From NCBI GenBank assembly GCA_041395785.1, contig JAWKZZ010000009.1, positions 8,292-72,291 on the forward strand: a stretch of DNA of 64,000 nt, read 5' to 3'. This stretch comes from Pseudomonadales bacterium. Lineage in GTDB: Bacteria; Pseudomonadota; Gammaproteobacteria; Pseudomonadales; UBA7239. Positions 49,829 through 60,045 of the stretch are shown piece by piece. Numbering within the stretch: the first letter of the stretch is position 1; every line of letters begins with the position of its first letter. Under the pieces are notes generated by a model, which was not told where the DNA came from, did no database searches, and saw only the letters and a program-made list of their open reading frames with translations. The translations under genes were made by a program, and so were the position numbers.

Positions 49829-51679
49829 TCAATGTCGCCAAGTGCTATCGGTAATTGTGACAGGTGCAGTCAGTGCTTCATCGCTGCGCTGCAACTGGCG
49901 AATGCGATTTTTCGTGGGCAAATCAATCCAGAATAAGCCTGTGCCCATGGCGTCTACAGCACTGTCACTGCTGCGTGTGGCATAGCTGGCCGGTGTTTTT
50001 ATCCACGCCCAATAGGCTTCACGAAAGTAGGGGACTTTGAAAGTGGGAATCATGGCTGCGCTGTCGTAGATTTTTTGCTCAATTTGATGTGCCAGCTGAA
50101 TGCGTTTATTGCGATCCAATTCTTCGCGGTAGGCATCAATCAGTTTATCCATCGCGGGATCGGCAAAATTGGTGATGTTGTTCGGTTGTGCTTTGAAGGC
50201 ATTATCCGAATGATAAAACTGGCGATACTCGGGTGATAAGCCGCCGCCGCTCCAGCCTAGGGAGGCAATTTGATGATTTTTTTCCAGCACTTGTTTGAAA
50301 AAAGCAGAGCTGTCCATGAGTTGTAATTGCAAATCAATGCCGGCTTTGCGTGCTTCTTCTTGCAGAATCACGAGCCGATCGGTGTGCAGTGGATTGCCGT
50401 AGCTGAGCGTTAGCGAAAGTCGCTGCCCATTTTTTAAACGGATGCCATCTTTGTCTTGAGTATTCCAGCCGGCTGCTTGCAGCAGCGTGATTGCGCGCGG
50501 AATGTCGAAGCCGCGCGGCTTAATTTGTTCGTTGTCGTAATCGCCGTAACCAACATTCTGCGTTTCCATGCGCTGATAGTCGCCATGCAAAACCGTGTTA
50601 ATCACTTTGTCAAAATCCATGGCATAGGCGATGGCTTCACGCACGCGAATATCGTCCAGTGGCGGTTTGGCCATATTGAGCCACAAACCTTGTGCTGGTT
50701 GCACCACATCGTTGTAGTACCACAATTTATGCACAAAGCCTTTGTCAAAAATTTCACCTCTGGCTTTGTTGTGCCAAAAATCCGGCAGCGTCAGGGCAAA
50801 ACTATCCAACTCACCTTTTTGAAAATACTGCCAAGCAATGTTTGGGTCGCGAATGACTTTGACGATGATGTGATCGGGATTAAAGCGGTGTTTGTAATAG
50901 CGTTTGTTATTGGCCCACCAGTCGTTCATGCGATCAAAGCGCACATATTTGCCTTTGCGCACTTCGCCAATTTTGTAGGCAGCGGTGCCGGGTTCTGGCA
51001 GCCAGTTGTAGTTGCGCACCCAGTTCTTATCCAGCACATGAAAATGGCGTGGTACTGGGTTTACATTGACTTGTTCGAGCAGCTCATCGTCTGGTTTTGC
51101 AACACCAGAAACAATGGCAATGGTGTAAGTATCAAATTTGATGATGTCGGTGATTTGCGTAGTGAAGTATTCATTTTGAAACGGCGCGACAATAAATTTG
51201 GAGCGCATAAACTCCAGCAGGTATACATAATCGTCTGCGGTGACGGGCTTGCCATCAGACCAGCGCGCATCGGGGTCTAATTTGAAATACATAGTTTTAT
51301 GGTCTTTGCCAAAAGCCCAGTGTGTGGCGAGTGCGGGAATTGGGCGGCGCGTGTTGGGATGCAAATCCACCAAATTCATATTCAAGGCGCGGGTATAACC
51401 GGCAAAACTGCCATTGGAATCTGGCCCAGTGACGCGCAGCGTGAGCGGAAAACTCAACATCGATTCGCGCAGCGTGCCGCCGCGTTGTGCAGCAGGGTCG
51501 GCAAACTCTGGATCTGTGTCATTGGTTTGCCACAGCAAATCACTGGGCAGCGGCGTCGTAGTATTGGAATAGGGCGCCAGTGTTTGTGTTGTTATTTCTG
51601 CGCGCGATTCTGTTTTTTTATCACAGCCAAGCAGCAATAAAAAAAGACAACATAACAAAGCAAGCGAACGGCGCAGCAT
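49829..51679 (-). CDS. yejA: Family-5 extracellular solute-binding protein (YejA-like)
   Basis: 616 aa with a signal peptide/lipobox-like N-terminus (LLCCLFLLLLGC). Size and context within the yej-type operon support the call. Confidence 0.8.
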   Translation of the reverse strand: MLRRSLALLCCLFLLLLGCDKKTESRAEITTQTLAPYSNTTTPLPSDLLWQTNDTDPEFADPAAQRGGTLRESMLSFPLTLRVTGPDSNGSFAGYTRALNMNLVDLHPNTRRPIPALATHWAFGKDHKTMYFKLDPDARWSDGKPVTADDYVYLLEFMRSKFIVAPFQNEYFTTQITDIIKFDTYTIAIVSGVAKPDDELLEQVNVNPVPRHFHVLDKNWVRNYNWLPEPGTAAYKIGEVRKGKYVRFDRMNDWWANNKRYYKHRFNPDHIIVKVIRDPNIAWQYFQKGELDSFALTLPDFWHNKARGEIFDKGFVHKLWYYNDVVQPAQGLWLNMAKPPLDDIRVREAIAYAMDFDKVINTVLHGDYQRMETQNVGYGDYDNEQIKPRGFDIPRAITLLQAAGWNTQDKDGIRLKNGQRLSLTLSYGNPLHTDRLVILQEEARKAGIDLQLQLMDSSAFFKQVLEKNHQIASLGWSGGGLSPEYRQFYHSDNAFKAQPNNITNFADPAMDKLIDAYREELDRNKRIQLAHQIEQKIYDSAAMIPTFKVPYFREAYWAWIKTPASYATRSSDSAVDAMGTGLFWIDLPTKNRIRQLQRSDEALTAPVTITDSTWRH

Positions 51680-52734
51680 TATTCATACACCGTGTATTGT
51701 TTGGGGTCGAAGGCTTCGCGCAAGGCTTCACCTATCCATGTCACCATGATTAACACCGCTACCATTGCGACAGTTACCGAGCCGACGATCCATTCGCTAT
51801 CGAGGCGCGACATGCCTTCGCGTAATAACACGCCCCAACTAGGTGTCGGTGGCGGCAAACCAAAACCGAGATAGTCCAGCGCGGTTAATGCCGTGATGCC
51901 GCCAGTAATGGAAAATGGCGCAAAAGTAATTAACAGCGAACGCGTATTGGGTAACAAATGTTGCGTGATGATGCGCCAATCCGATGCACCCAATGCGCGC
52001 GCCGCCAACACATAATTGCGCGCTTTTTCTTTGTAGCTGGCGGTGCGCATATACCAAGTGATCGCGGTCCAATCAAAAAATGCCATGATCAACAGCAGCG
52101 TCCAGAAACCAGGCAGTACCAACGAAGCGAGAATCATGATGACATACAGCGTGGGTATGGATGACCAAATTTCAATCACGCGCTGCATGATCAAATCAAA
52201 CTTGCCGCCATAAAAACCCATCGCAATACCGATAACAGTGCCGATGCTGTAGTTGCACAATAAAAGTAACAGACTGAACGCAATGGAGAAACGAAAGCCG
52301 TACAGCAAGCGCGCAGCGATATCGCGACCTGCGCCGTCGGTACCGAGAAAATGGCGATAGCTTGTGGAGGGAGCGAGTGGGGGGTATTCACCTTCCACAG
52401 CATGTGATTCCAATGGGTTCCAAGGAATCGCGGGCATCAATACCCAGTTGTTGCTGTTTTTTTCTTGCCGAAATTGCTGTTGCAGAGCACGGTAATCGGT
52501 TTCGTGTGGGTAATCCAAACCGAAGCGGGTTCCTGGCAAAAAAGCGCCGTAAGTAGGAAAAAAGTATTGATCGTTATAACGCACAATTAGTGCGCGGCTG
52601 TTGGCAAGCAATTCGGCAATACAACTGAAAGCAATCAACAGTACCAACAATACTGCAGACCAAAAACCGCGTTTCTGCGTGCGAAAACGCTGCCATTGTT
52701 TTTGCGTTTGTGGATGCAGTGTGAACACGCTCAA
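51679..52734 (-). CDS. yejE: Peptide ABC transporter permease (YejE-like)
   Basis: This is a DppC/OppC-type permease. It has an N-terminal TM, the FLGTDGAGRDIAARLLYG motif, and the EAA-loop region AARALGASDWRII. Confidence 0.85.
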   Translation of the reverse strand: MSVFTLHPQTQKQWQRFRTQKRGFWSAVLLVLLIAFSCIAELLANSRALIVRYNDQYFFPTYGAFLPGTRFGLDYPHETDYRALQQQFRQEKNSNNWVLMPAIPWNPLESHAVEGEYPPLAPSTSYRHFLGTDGAGRDIAARLLYGFRFSIAFSLLLLLCNYSIGTVIGIAMGFYGGKFDLIMQRVIEIWSSIPTLYVIMILASLVLPGFWTLLLIMAFFDWTAITWYMRTASYKEKARNYVLAARALGASDWRIITQHLLPNTRSLLITFAPFSITGGITALTALDYLGFGLPPPTPSWGVLLREGMSRLDSEWIVGSVTVAMVAVLIMVTWIGEALREAFDPKQYTVYE

Positions 52735-53765
52735 TCAAACCTCACGCGCGGATCAATAGCCGCGACACAGAGATCGGAGAGGATATTGCCGATCAAAAAC
52801 AGCAAGGAAGAAATTACGAGTAATCCCATCACGACGGGGTAGTCGCGTTCAACGAGGGACTCGTAGCCGAGCAGTCCCATGCCGTCGATATTGAAAATGG
52901 TTTCTACGAGAAAAGAGCCAGACAAAATAATCGAAATGCCGTGACCGAAGGAAGTGGCGAGTGGAATCAAACTGTTGCGCAGTGCGTGACGAAACACGGC
53001 TTGGCGAAACGAAAGGCCTTTGGCGACGGCTGTGCGTACATAATCGCTAGCGATATTTTCCAGCAAGCTGTTTTTCATCAGCATGGTCATCACGGCAAAA
53101 CTGCCGACCAGATAGGTGGTGAGTGGCAATACAGCGTGCATGGCTATATCGCGGATTTGTTCTAGCCACGATAAGTCGGCTATGTCATCGCTGGCAAAAC
53201 CACCTAAAGGAAAAACTTCCCAATGCGAAGAAAAAACCGTGATCAAAATAATACCGAGCACATAGTTGGGAATCGCAAAACCTAAAAAAACGAGAGCAGC
53301 ACTGAAGTGATCAAAGCGCGAATGGTGGCGCAGCGCTTTGGCGATGCCGAGCGGAATGCACACAGCATAAGTGATTAACAAAGAAAGTCCGCCGTAAAAC
53401 AATGAGAGCGGCATGCGCGAAATGATTGTGCCCCATACTGGTTCGCCGTAGCGTGTGGAATAGCCGAGATCGAGATGCAGTACACGCCACAACCATGTGG
53501 CGTAACTGACGAGGAGTGGTTTATCAAAACCGTAATACGCTTTTAATTCGGCTAATTGTTGTTCATCCAGTGCGCCATTGCTGTTAGCGCGATCGCGACC
53601 TACCTGCGCACCTTCGCCAGCAGAAAATTGCGCATCCGTCATCATTTTTTCAATGGGGCCACCCGGTACAAAGCGGGTGAGGGTGAAAACAATTAGCGTG
53701 ATGCCCAATAGCGTAGGGATAGTGAGTAATAAACGGCGCAGCAGGTACGCGATCATTGCCGCCAC
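52731..53765 (-). CDS. yejB: Peptide ABC transporter permease (YejB-like)
   Basis: This is a DppB/OppB-type permease: YLLRRLLLTIPTLLGITLIVF, and EAA loop DYVRTAVAKGLSFRQAVFRHALRNSL. The start may be the Met at 53756. Confidence 0.85.
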   Translation of the reverse strand: MAAMIAYLLRRLLLTIPTLLGITLIVFTLTRFVPGGPIEKMMTDAQFSAGEGAQVGRDRANSNGALDEQQLAELKAYYGFDKPLLVSYATWLWRVLHLDLGYSTRYGEPVWGTIISRMPLSLFYGGLSLLITYAVCIPLGIAKALRHHSRFDHFSAALVFLGFAIPNYVLGIILITVFSSHWEVFPLGGFASDDIADLSWLEQIRDIAMHAVLPLTTYLVGSFAVMTMLMKNSLLENIASDYVRTAVAKGLSFRQAVFRHALRNSLIPLATSFGHGISIILSGSFLVETIFNIDGMGLLGYESLVERDYPVVMGLLVISSLLFLIGNILSDLCVAAIDPRVRFD

Positions 53766-54580
53766 TGCCTTGCGCGTGTGGGCTTGAGATCGGCATGGCT
53801 GGCGCGAAATGGATTGATATCGAGGCCGCCGCGTCGTGTAAAGCGACCTTCCACGCTCAGTGTTTCAGGCTGGCAATGTGTCCATAGATCACAAAAAATG
53901 CGTTCGACACACTGCTCGTGAAAGCCTTGGTGCAAACGAAAGGAACACAAATAACGCAGCAGATTTTCTTCGTTGATCGCTGCGCCGCGATAAACAATGC
54001 GCACGCTCGCCCAGTCCGGCTGCCCAGTGACAGGGCAATTGCTGCGCAGCAAATGGCTGACTAGGGTTTGTTCAATGGTGTTGCTTGCGTCACAAGTTAA
54101 GAGTGCGGAAGTGATTTCGTAGTTATCGATGGCGATATTGCTGTCATCAATACAGCGATCCGTCCACGCTTGGATTTGCAGCCTGCTATCGCCCTGTGCA
54201 GAACAAAAATCTACCTGCACTTCACCGCCGACAATATTGGCAACATCGACCGTAATTTTTTTGATCAGTGTGTGCTGATCGGGCAGTGTGGTTTGATTAA
54301 AGCTATTCAGGTACAGCTTCAATGATTTGGACTCGACGATATTCGGTGTTTGTGCGCCGTAGTTGAGCAGAATGCACCCGGCTTGTGGTTTGCCTTGCTG
54401 GTCTAGCCAAGAAATTTCGTAGCCTGTCCAGCTGTCTTCGCCGACAAAAGGCAGCGCTTGATCGGTCGGCCAAAAATCGCGCGCGGCTTGTCGCGGCACG
54501 GCAACGAGCAAGCTGGGATCGTAGTGATCGCTGTAAGTTGTGTGCTTGCCAAGAGGCAGCTGGCTGAAATCCAGAGTCAC
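53753..54580 (-). CDS. queF: NADPH-dependent 7-cyano-7-deazaguanine reductase QueF (two-domain type)
   Basis: LGKHTTYSDHYDPSLLVAVPR, the E(S/L)K(S/A) motif (IVESKSLKLYLNSF) and the catalytic Cys context LLRSNCPVTGQPDWASV support the call. GTG at 54580, 4 nt after the yadH stop, is preferred over ATG 54643, which would overlap yadH by 59 nt. Confidence 0.85.
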   Translation of the reverse strand: MTLDFSQLPLGKHTTYSDHYDPSLLVAVPRQAARDFWPTDQALPFVGEDSWTGYEISWLDQQGKPQAGCILLNYGAQTPNIVESKSLKLYLNSFNQTTLPDQHTLIKKITVDVANIVGGEVQVDFCSAQGDSRLQIQAWTDRCIDDSNIAIDNYEITSALLTCDASNTIEQTLVSHLLRSNCPVTGQPDWASVRIVYRGAAINEENLLRYLCSFRLHQGFHEQCVERIFCDLWTHCQPETLSVEGRFTRRGGLDINPFRASHADLKPTRARQWRQ

Positions 54581-54584
54581 GGAT

Positions 54585-55358
54585 TTAGTTCCGCAGGCCT
54601 TTGCTGCTATTGAGCAAGCGCAGCGCAAAAAAACCGGCGACACATGAAAACAGTGCGATCATGGCGAGTGATGCCGTGACATTGACATCAGAAATGCCGA
54701 GCATGCCATAGCGAAACGCATTCACCATGTAGAGTATCGGGTTGAGTTGCGAGACGGCGTTCCAAAACGGAGGCAGTAAATCAATGGAATAAAACACGCC
54801 GCCGAGATAAGTGAGCGGTGTTAAAACAAATGTAGGAATAATGGAAATGTCATCAAAGTTTTTGGCAAAAATGGCATTGAGCAAGCCCAAGAGCGAGAAC
54901 AAAATAGAAGTGAGTAGTACGGCGCTGATCATAATTAGCCAATGTTGCACATGCAGTTTGCTAAAAAATAATGACAGGATGGTGACAACAATGCCCACGC
55001 AGATACCGCGCGCTACACCACCTGCTACATAACCGGTGAGTATTACCCAGTTGGGAACGGGCGCTACCAGCAACTCCTCAATGCTGTGTTGAAATTTGAT
55101 ACTAAAGAATGAGGAGACCACATTGCTATAAGAATTGGTCAGCACCGACATCATCACCAAGCCTGGCACCACAAACTGAATATAACTGTAGCCTTGCATC
55201 TCGCCGATGCGGCTGCCAATCAAGGTGCCAAAAATAACAAAGTACAAGCCTGTGGTGATGGCAGGTGGCAGTAGGGTTTGCATCCAGATGCGGATAAAAC
55301 GACGGATTTCTTTGGTCAGGATGGTGCTGAAAGCAATCCAAGTTTCTTGCGAATTCAT
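54585..55358 (-). CDS. yadH: ABC-2 type transporter permease YadH
   Basis: 257 aa. It is collinear with my recollection of E. coli YadH: IRRFIRIWMQTLLPPAITTGLYFVIFGTLIGSRIGEMQGYSYIQFVVPGLVMMSV...NPILYMVNAFRYG. Confidence 0.85.
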   Translation of the reverse strand: MNSQETWIAFSTILTKEIRRFIRIWMQTLLPPAITTGLYFVIFGTLIGSRIGEMQGYSYIQFVVPGLVMMSVLTNSYSNVVSSFFSIKFQHSIEELLVAPVPNWVILTGYVAGGVARGICVGIVVTILSLFFSKLHVQHWLIMISAVLLTSILFSLLGLLNAIFAKNFDDISIIPTFVLTPLTYLGGVFYSIDLLPPFWNAVSQLNPILYMVNAFRYGMLGISDVNVTASLAMIALFSCVAGFFALRLLNSSKGLRN

Positions 55359-56278
55359 GCGGCATTCTCATTCAGTAATTTAACAAACAACTCTTCCAGG
55401 CGATTGGCTTTATTGCGCATGCTGGTAACTTGGATATTTCTTTCGCTGAGTTGTGCAAAGAGGGTGTTGATATCGGTGCCGCGCTTTACTTCTACTTCCA
55501 ATGAATGAGGGTCTGTTTGTTTAACAGCAAAGCCGTGAATCTCTGGCATAAAGTGCAGTGCATCTTTTAGATCCAATACAAAAGTTTCCTGATCCAGTTT
55601 TTGGATCAGGCTTTTCATGGAGGTGTTTTCAATGATATTGCCTTTGTTGATGATGGCGATATTGCGGCAGAGATTTTCTGCTTCTTCCAAGTAATGGGTG
55701 GTCAGAATAATGGAGGTGCCTTTTTTGTTGATCTCGCGCAGAAACTCCCACATGGAACGGCGCAGTTCAATATCGACGCCAGCGGTTGGTTCATCCAAGA
55801 TCAATAATTTGGGTTCGTGGATTAATGCGCGTGCAATCATCAAACGGCGTTTCATGCCGCCGGATAACATGCGCGCTATAGAATCGCGTTTATCCCACAA
55901 ATCCAGTTTTTTCATATAGAAATCAGCGCGTTCTTTAGCGAGGCTGACGGGCATGCCGTAGTAGCCGCCCTGTGTGCGAATGATGTCGCCCACTTTTTCA
56001 AACTGGCTGAAATTAAATTCTTGTGGCACAACGCCTAAACATTTTCTCGCCTGCGGAAAATGGGTGTCGATGTTGTGACCAAAAATACTGACGGTGCCGG
56101 AAGTTTTTCTGACCAGTGAACACAATATGCCGATCAGTGTGGATTTTCCTGCGCCGTTTGGGCCGAGCAGAGCAAAAAAATCACCTTCATTAACGGTGAG
56201 ATCAATGCCTTTGAGTGCGGAAAAACCGTTGTCGTAGGTTTTGCGTAAATTTTGAATAGAGACCGCGTTGCTCATCAT
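55355..56278 (-). CDS. yadG: ABC transporter ATP-binding protein YadG
   Basis: It has Walker A GPNGAGKSTLI, signature LSGGMKRRLMIARAL and Walker B LLILDEPTAG. Length is 307 aa, with a 4-nt overlap with yadH. Confidence 0.85.
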   Translation of the reverse strand: MMSNAVSIQNLRKTYDNGFSALKGIDLTVNEGDFFALLGPNGAGKSTLIGILCSLVRKTSGTVSIFGHNIDTHFPQARKCLGVVPQEFNFSQFEKVGDIIRTQGGYYGMPVSLAKERADFYMKKLDLWDKRDSIARMLSGGMKRRLMIARALIHEPKLLILDEPTAGVDIELRRSMWEFLREINKKGTSIILTTHYLEEAENLCRNIAIINKGNIIENTSMKSLIQKLDQETFVLDLKDALHFMPEIHGFAVKQTDPHSLEVEVKRGTDINTLFAQLSERNIQVTSMRNKANRLEELFVKLLNENAA

Positions 56279-56370
56279 AAATCTGCATGTTTTAGGGAGG
56301 CGATATTATGCCAGAGGCTTCCTCTTTGCGGTTTAAAAACGCATAATTTATACGGATATACGGAGGCGTT

Positions 56371-58677
56371 ATGAAAGAAAATACGGCAATTCACCAGCCA
56401 AAATGGCAGCGCGGCCAAGGCCCGATTGTTCATCGCACTGAAACAGTAGAGCGCGTGACAGCTTTGGTAGAGCGTTTAGTGAGAACTGGCAGTGTTGCCA
56501 GCGCGGAAGAGGCTTACGCACTGCTGGCAGCTGCGGACAAACTCACTTGTGTGGCTATGAGTGTGGTTGTGCACATGACTTATGCGCAGCGTATTGATTT
56601 AACGGGCGAACCCTTACAGGCAGACGATTTTAAGCCGACGCCTGAAGGGCATACTGGGGGTTCCTTGAATATGGTGCCGGCTTTTGTCGGTTATCTGCTG
56701 GCAAACGCACTGACCAGTAAGACGCGCGGTTGGGTCATGGAGCAAGGGCACTGCGTGGCGGCTATTGAAGCGGTGAATGCCTTGACGGGTGATGTGTCCA
56801 GCACCCAGCGCGGGCGTTACGACCGCAGTGCTGAAGGTCTGTCTCGTCTCATTAATGACTTTTATTCGTATGCCATAGATGCCAATGGGCGGCCTGCTGT
56901 GCCGCTGGGTAGTCATGCTGGCCCGAATACAGCGGGTGCGGTATCTGAAGGTGGCTATCTCGGATTCGCCAGCTTGCAATATGTGCATATGCCACTGCCG
57001 GGAGAAAGTTTGGTGGCCTTTTTGAGCGATGGCGCTTTTGAAGAACAGCGCGGTTCAGATTGGGCACCGCGTTGGTGGCGTGCAGAAGATTGTGGCTATG
57101 CCATTCCGGTGATGATTCTCAATGGTCGCCGCATCGAACAGCGCACACAAATTGTGCAAGAAGGCGGTGCTGACTGGCTGGCTGAAGATGTGCGGCACAA
57201 TGGCTTCGCCCCTCTGGTTGTTGATGGGCGCGATCCTGCGGCGATTGCTTGGGCATTGATCGAGGCCGAGACAGCGCTGCAAGCATTTTCGGCGCTGGCA
57301 GATAAGCGCTATCCCGCACAGCTTCCTTATGTCATCGCTGAAACGGAAAAGGGATTTGGTTTTCCCGGTGCAGGCACCAATGCAGCGCACAACTTGCCGC
57401 TGCCGGGTAGCCCTTGCTGTGATGAAGCGGCGCGAGAATTGTTCAATGCCAGCGCCAGTGCGTTATTTGTTCCTGAGCATGAATTAAGTGAGGCAATTGC
57501 ACTGCTCAGTAATCATCAACAACAGCAGCGTGATAAAGAGAGCCAGCATCCAATGGCGCATCGCAATCCTGCGGCACTGCAATTACCCGCGCCAACCGAT
57601 ACAGCGGTTGGTGTGGTTGGCAGTGCTATGAGCGCTGTGGATCAATGGTTTGTTGATTTGGTGGAGTCGAACCCTGCATTGCGTGTGCGCATCGGCAACC
57701 CTGATGAATTAGCCAGTAACAAAATGGGTGGCACGCTGCGTTTATTGAAACACCGTGTAAATATTCCAGAGGCAGGCGTGCCAGAAAGTTCGCATGGCGC
57801 AGTCATTACTTCGTTGAACGAAGAAGCTGTGGCTGCCGCCGCGCTTGCCAATAAAGGCGGGTTAAACCTGATTGTCAGTTACGAAGCATTCGCCGTAAAA
57901 ATGCTGGGCATTTTGCGACAAGAAATTATTTTTGCCCGCCATCAAAAAGAAATTGGTTGTGCGCCGCAGTGGTTGCCTGTGCCGTTGGTAGTCACTTCTC
58001 ATACATGGGAAAATTCAAAAAACGAACAGTCGCATCAAGACCCCACGATCGCAGAAACTTTATTGACAGAAATGTCAGACACTTCGCGAGTGTTGTTTCC
58101 GGTGGATGGCAATACCGCAACCGCTGCCTTGCATAATGTTTATGCAGGGCGAGGGCAGATAGCCTGCGTTGTGGTATCGAAGCGCGATGTGACACATCAA
58201 TTCAATGAGGAAGATGCCAAAGCATTGGTAACGCGCGGTGCAGCGCATGTGGCAGGTTCTTTGCGTGAGGCAAAAGTGCAGTTGCTGGCGATTGGTGCCT
58301 ATCAATTGGAGGAAGCTTTGAAGGCGCAAGCGTTACTTGCGGAGCAAAATTATCCATCGTGCGTCACCGTGATTATCGAGCCTGGCCGTTTGCGCGCGCC
58401 GCGCGATGAACATGAAGCGGCGTTTGTACTGGATGACGCATTGCTGCAGGCGTTGTTTCCACCGCATTTACCGCGTGTGCTTTTGACGCATACGCGACCT
58501 GAATCTATGTTGGGTGTGTTGCGACGCTTGGATGGCGGTCCAAACAATATGCGTGCGTTGGGGTATATCAATCGCGGTGGAACATTGGATGTTGCAGGCA
58601 TGTTGTTCGCCAATCGCTGTACAGCAGCGCATGCTGTCGACGCTGCACTTTCGTTAATCGAAAACAGAGGGCAATGA
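56371..58677 (+). CDS. Phosphoketolase-family protein (divergent XFP-like, ThDP-dependent)
   Basis: 768 aa. GHTGGSLNMVPAFVGYLLAN (compare GHWGTTPGLNF), SEGGYLGF (compare EGGELGY) and VTSHTWENSKNEQSHQDP (compare WRQDHNGFSHQDP) parallel phosphoketolase signatures but deviate from them. Confidence 0.7.
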   Translation: MKENTAIHQPKWQRGQGPIVHRTETVERVTALVERLVRTGSVASAEEAYALLAAADKLTCVAMSVVVHMTYAQRIDLTGEPLQADDFKPTPEGHTGGSLNMVPAFVGYLLANALTSKTRGWVMEQGHCVAAIEAVNALTGDVSSTQRGRYDRSAEGLSRLINDFYSYAIDANGRPAVPLGSHAGPNTAGAVSEGGYLGFASLQYVHMPLPGESLVAFLSDGAFEEQRGSDWAPRWWRAEDCGYAIPVMILNGRRIEQRTQIVQEGGADWLAEDVRHNGFAPLVVDGRDPAAIAWALIEAETALQAFSALADKRYPAQLPYVIAETEKGFGFPGAGTNAAHNLPLPGSPCCDEAARELFNASASALFVPEHELSEAIALLSNHQQQQRDKESQHPMAHRNPAALQLPAPTDTAVGVVGSAMSAVDQWFVDLVESNPALRVRIGNPDELASNKMGGTLRLLKHRVNIPEAGVPESSHGAVITSLNEEAVAAAALANKGGLNLIVSYEAFAVKMLGILRQEIIFARHQKEIGCAPQWLPVPLVVTSHTWENSKNEQSHQDPTIAETLLTEMSDTSRVLFPVDGNTATAALHNVYAGRGQIACVVVSKRDVTHQFNEEDAKALVTRGAAHVAGSLREAKVQLLAIGAYQLEEALKAQALLAEQNYPSCVTVIIEPGRLRAPRDEHEAAFVLDDALLQALFPPHLPRVLLTHTRPESMLGVLRRLDGGPNNMRALGYINRGGTLDVAGMLFANRCTAAHAVDAALSLIENRGQ

Positions 58678-58678
58678 C

Positions 58679-60037
58679 ATGCTGACATTGACATGCCTAG
58701 GCGGTGCTGGAACGGTGACAGGTTCAAAGCACTTATTAACTTGCGGCAATACGCGCATCATGGTCGATTGCGGTTTGTTTCAGGGCTTAAAAAATCTGCG
58801 CGAATTGAATTGGCAGCGCCTGCCTAGTGATCCTCGTGAGATTGATGCGGTTGTTTTGACGCACGCGCATTTAGATCACTGTGGATATTTGCCGCGCTTA
58901 TTGCTCGATGGTTTTTATGGCGAAATTTTTTCAACTTCAGCGACTCGCGATTTGGCTGAGTTGATATTGTTAGACAGCGCGTGGATTCAAGAAAAAGACG
59001 CGGAGTACGCCAATCGCAAAGGGTTTACAAAACACAAGCCGGCACAGCCTTTGTATCGTGTGCGCGATGCGGAACGCACGGTCGCGCTATTTAACACAGT
59101 GCCGCTACATCGTGAGGTGGATTTGCCTGGCAATGCAAAACTATTGTTGCGCAGAGCTGGGCATATTTTGGGAGCGACCACTGCGCAAATTGATATTGGT
59201 GGAAAACGCATCGTTTTCTCTGGTGATTTGGGTCGTTATAACGATGTGGTGATGCATGATCCCGAACCTGTGCCATCGGCAGACTATGTGGTGATTGAAT
59301 CCACTTATGGCAATCGGGTGCATGATCCAGCTGATCCTGTGCAGGCATTAGGCGAAATTATTGAGCGCACCGTACAGCGTGGTGGCACGGTGGTTGTGCC
59401 AGCATTTGCCGTGGGGCGCGCGCAGTCGCTAATTTATGATCTGTGGCTGCTGCGTCAGCAGGGACGATTAAAAAATGTTCCTGTCTATCTCGATAGTCCT
59501 ATGGCAACCAGTGCCACGGAATTGTTATACAAACACAAAAATGAACATCGATTAGATAAAAAAGATTTTGAAGCCGCGTGTCGCGCGGTGAACTACATTC
59601 AGAATGTTGATGAATCGAAAGAGCTGTCTGCAAATCGTTATCCAAAATTGATTGTTTCAGCCAGCGGCATGGCGACGGGAGGGCGCGTGTTACATCACAT
59701 TGCGGCTTTTGCGCCAGACCGTCGCAATACTTTGTTGTTCTCCGGTTTTCAGGCCGCAGGCACGCGCGGTCGTAAATTGCTGGAAGGTGCGCGCGAAGTA
59801 AAAATGTTTGGTCGCTGGTTGCCGGTGAATGCGGAAGTGACAGAGTTGCCGATGTTATCTGCCCATGCAGACAGCAATGAATTGATGCAGTGGTTGTCAG
59901 GATTTGAAACGGCACCGAAAAAAGTCTTTATCGTGCATGGTGAAGCCGACGCATCAGAAGCCTTGCGTGAGCGCATTCAGCGCGAGTTGGGTTGGCAGGC
60001 GTGCGTGCCGCTGCAAAATCAAACTATCGAACTGTAA
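58679..60037 (+). CDS. Beta-CASP family metallo-beta-lactamase (RNA/DNA-processing nuclease-like)
   Basis: It has the MBL motif THAHLDHCGYLP, beta-CASP-type downstream motifs (ESTYG..., HH...FSG, SAHAD) and a C-terminal RNA-specificity-like region. It starts 1 nt after the phosphoketolase stop. Confidence 0.8.
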   Translation: MLTLTCLGGAGTVTGSKHLLTCGNTRIMVDCGLFQGLKNLRELNWQRLPSDPREIDAVVLTHAHLDHCGYLPRLLLDGFYGEIFSTSATRDLAELILLDSAWIQEKDAEYANRKGFTKHKPAQPLYRVRDAERTVALFNTVPLHREVDLPGNAKLLLRRAGHILGATTAQIDIGGKRIVFSGDLGRYNDVVMHDPEPVPSADYVVIESTYGNRVHDPADPVQALGEIIERTVQRGGTVVVPAFAVGRAQSLIYDLWLLRQQGRLKNVPVYLDSPMATSATELLYKHKNEHRLDKKDFEAACRAVNYIQNVDESKELSANRYPKLIVSASGMATGGRVLHHIAAFAPDRRNTLLFSGFQAAGTRGRKLLEGAREVKMFGRWLPVNAEVTELPMLSAHADSNELMQWLSGFETAPKKVFIVHGEADASEALRERIQRELGWQACVPLQNQTIEL

Positions 60038-60045
60038 AAAGCGTT

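Noticed and set aside
54581-54643. Longer queF start at 54643
   Set aside because: It would overlap yadH by 59 nt and add a Cys/Ala-rich peptide not seen in QueF. GTG 54580 lies 4 nt after the yadH stop, directly before the conserved LGK..Y...YDPSLL region.
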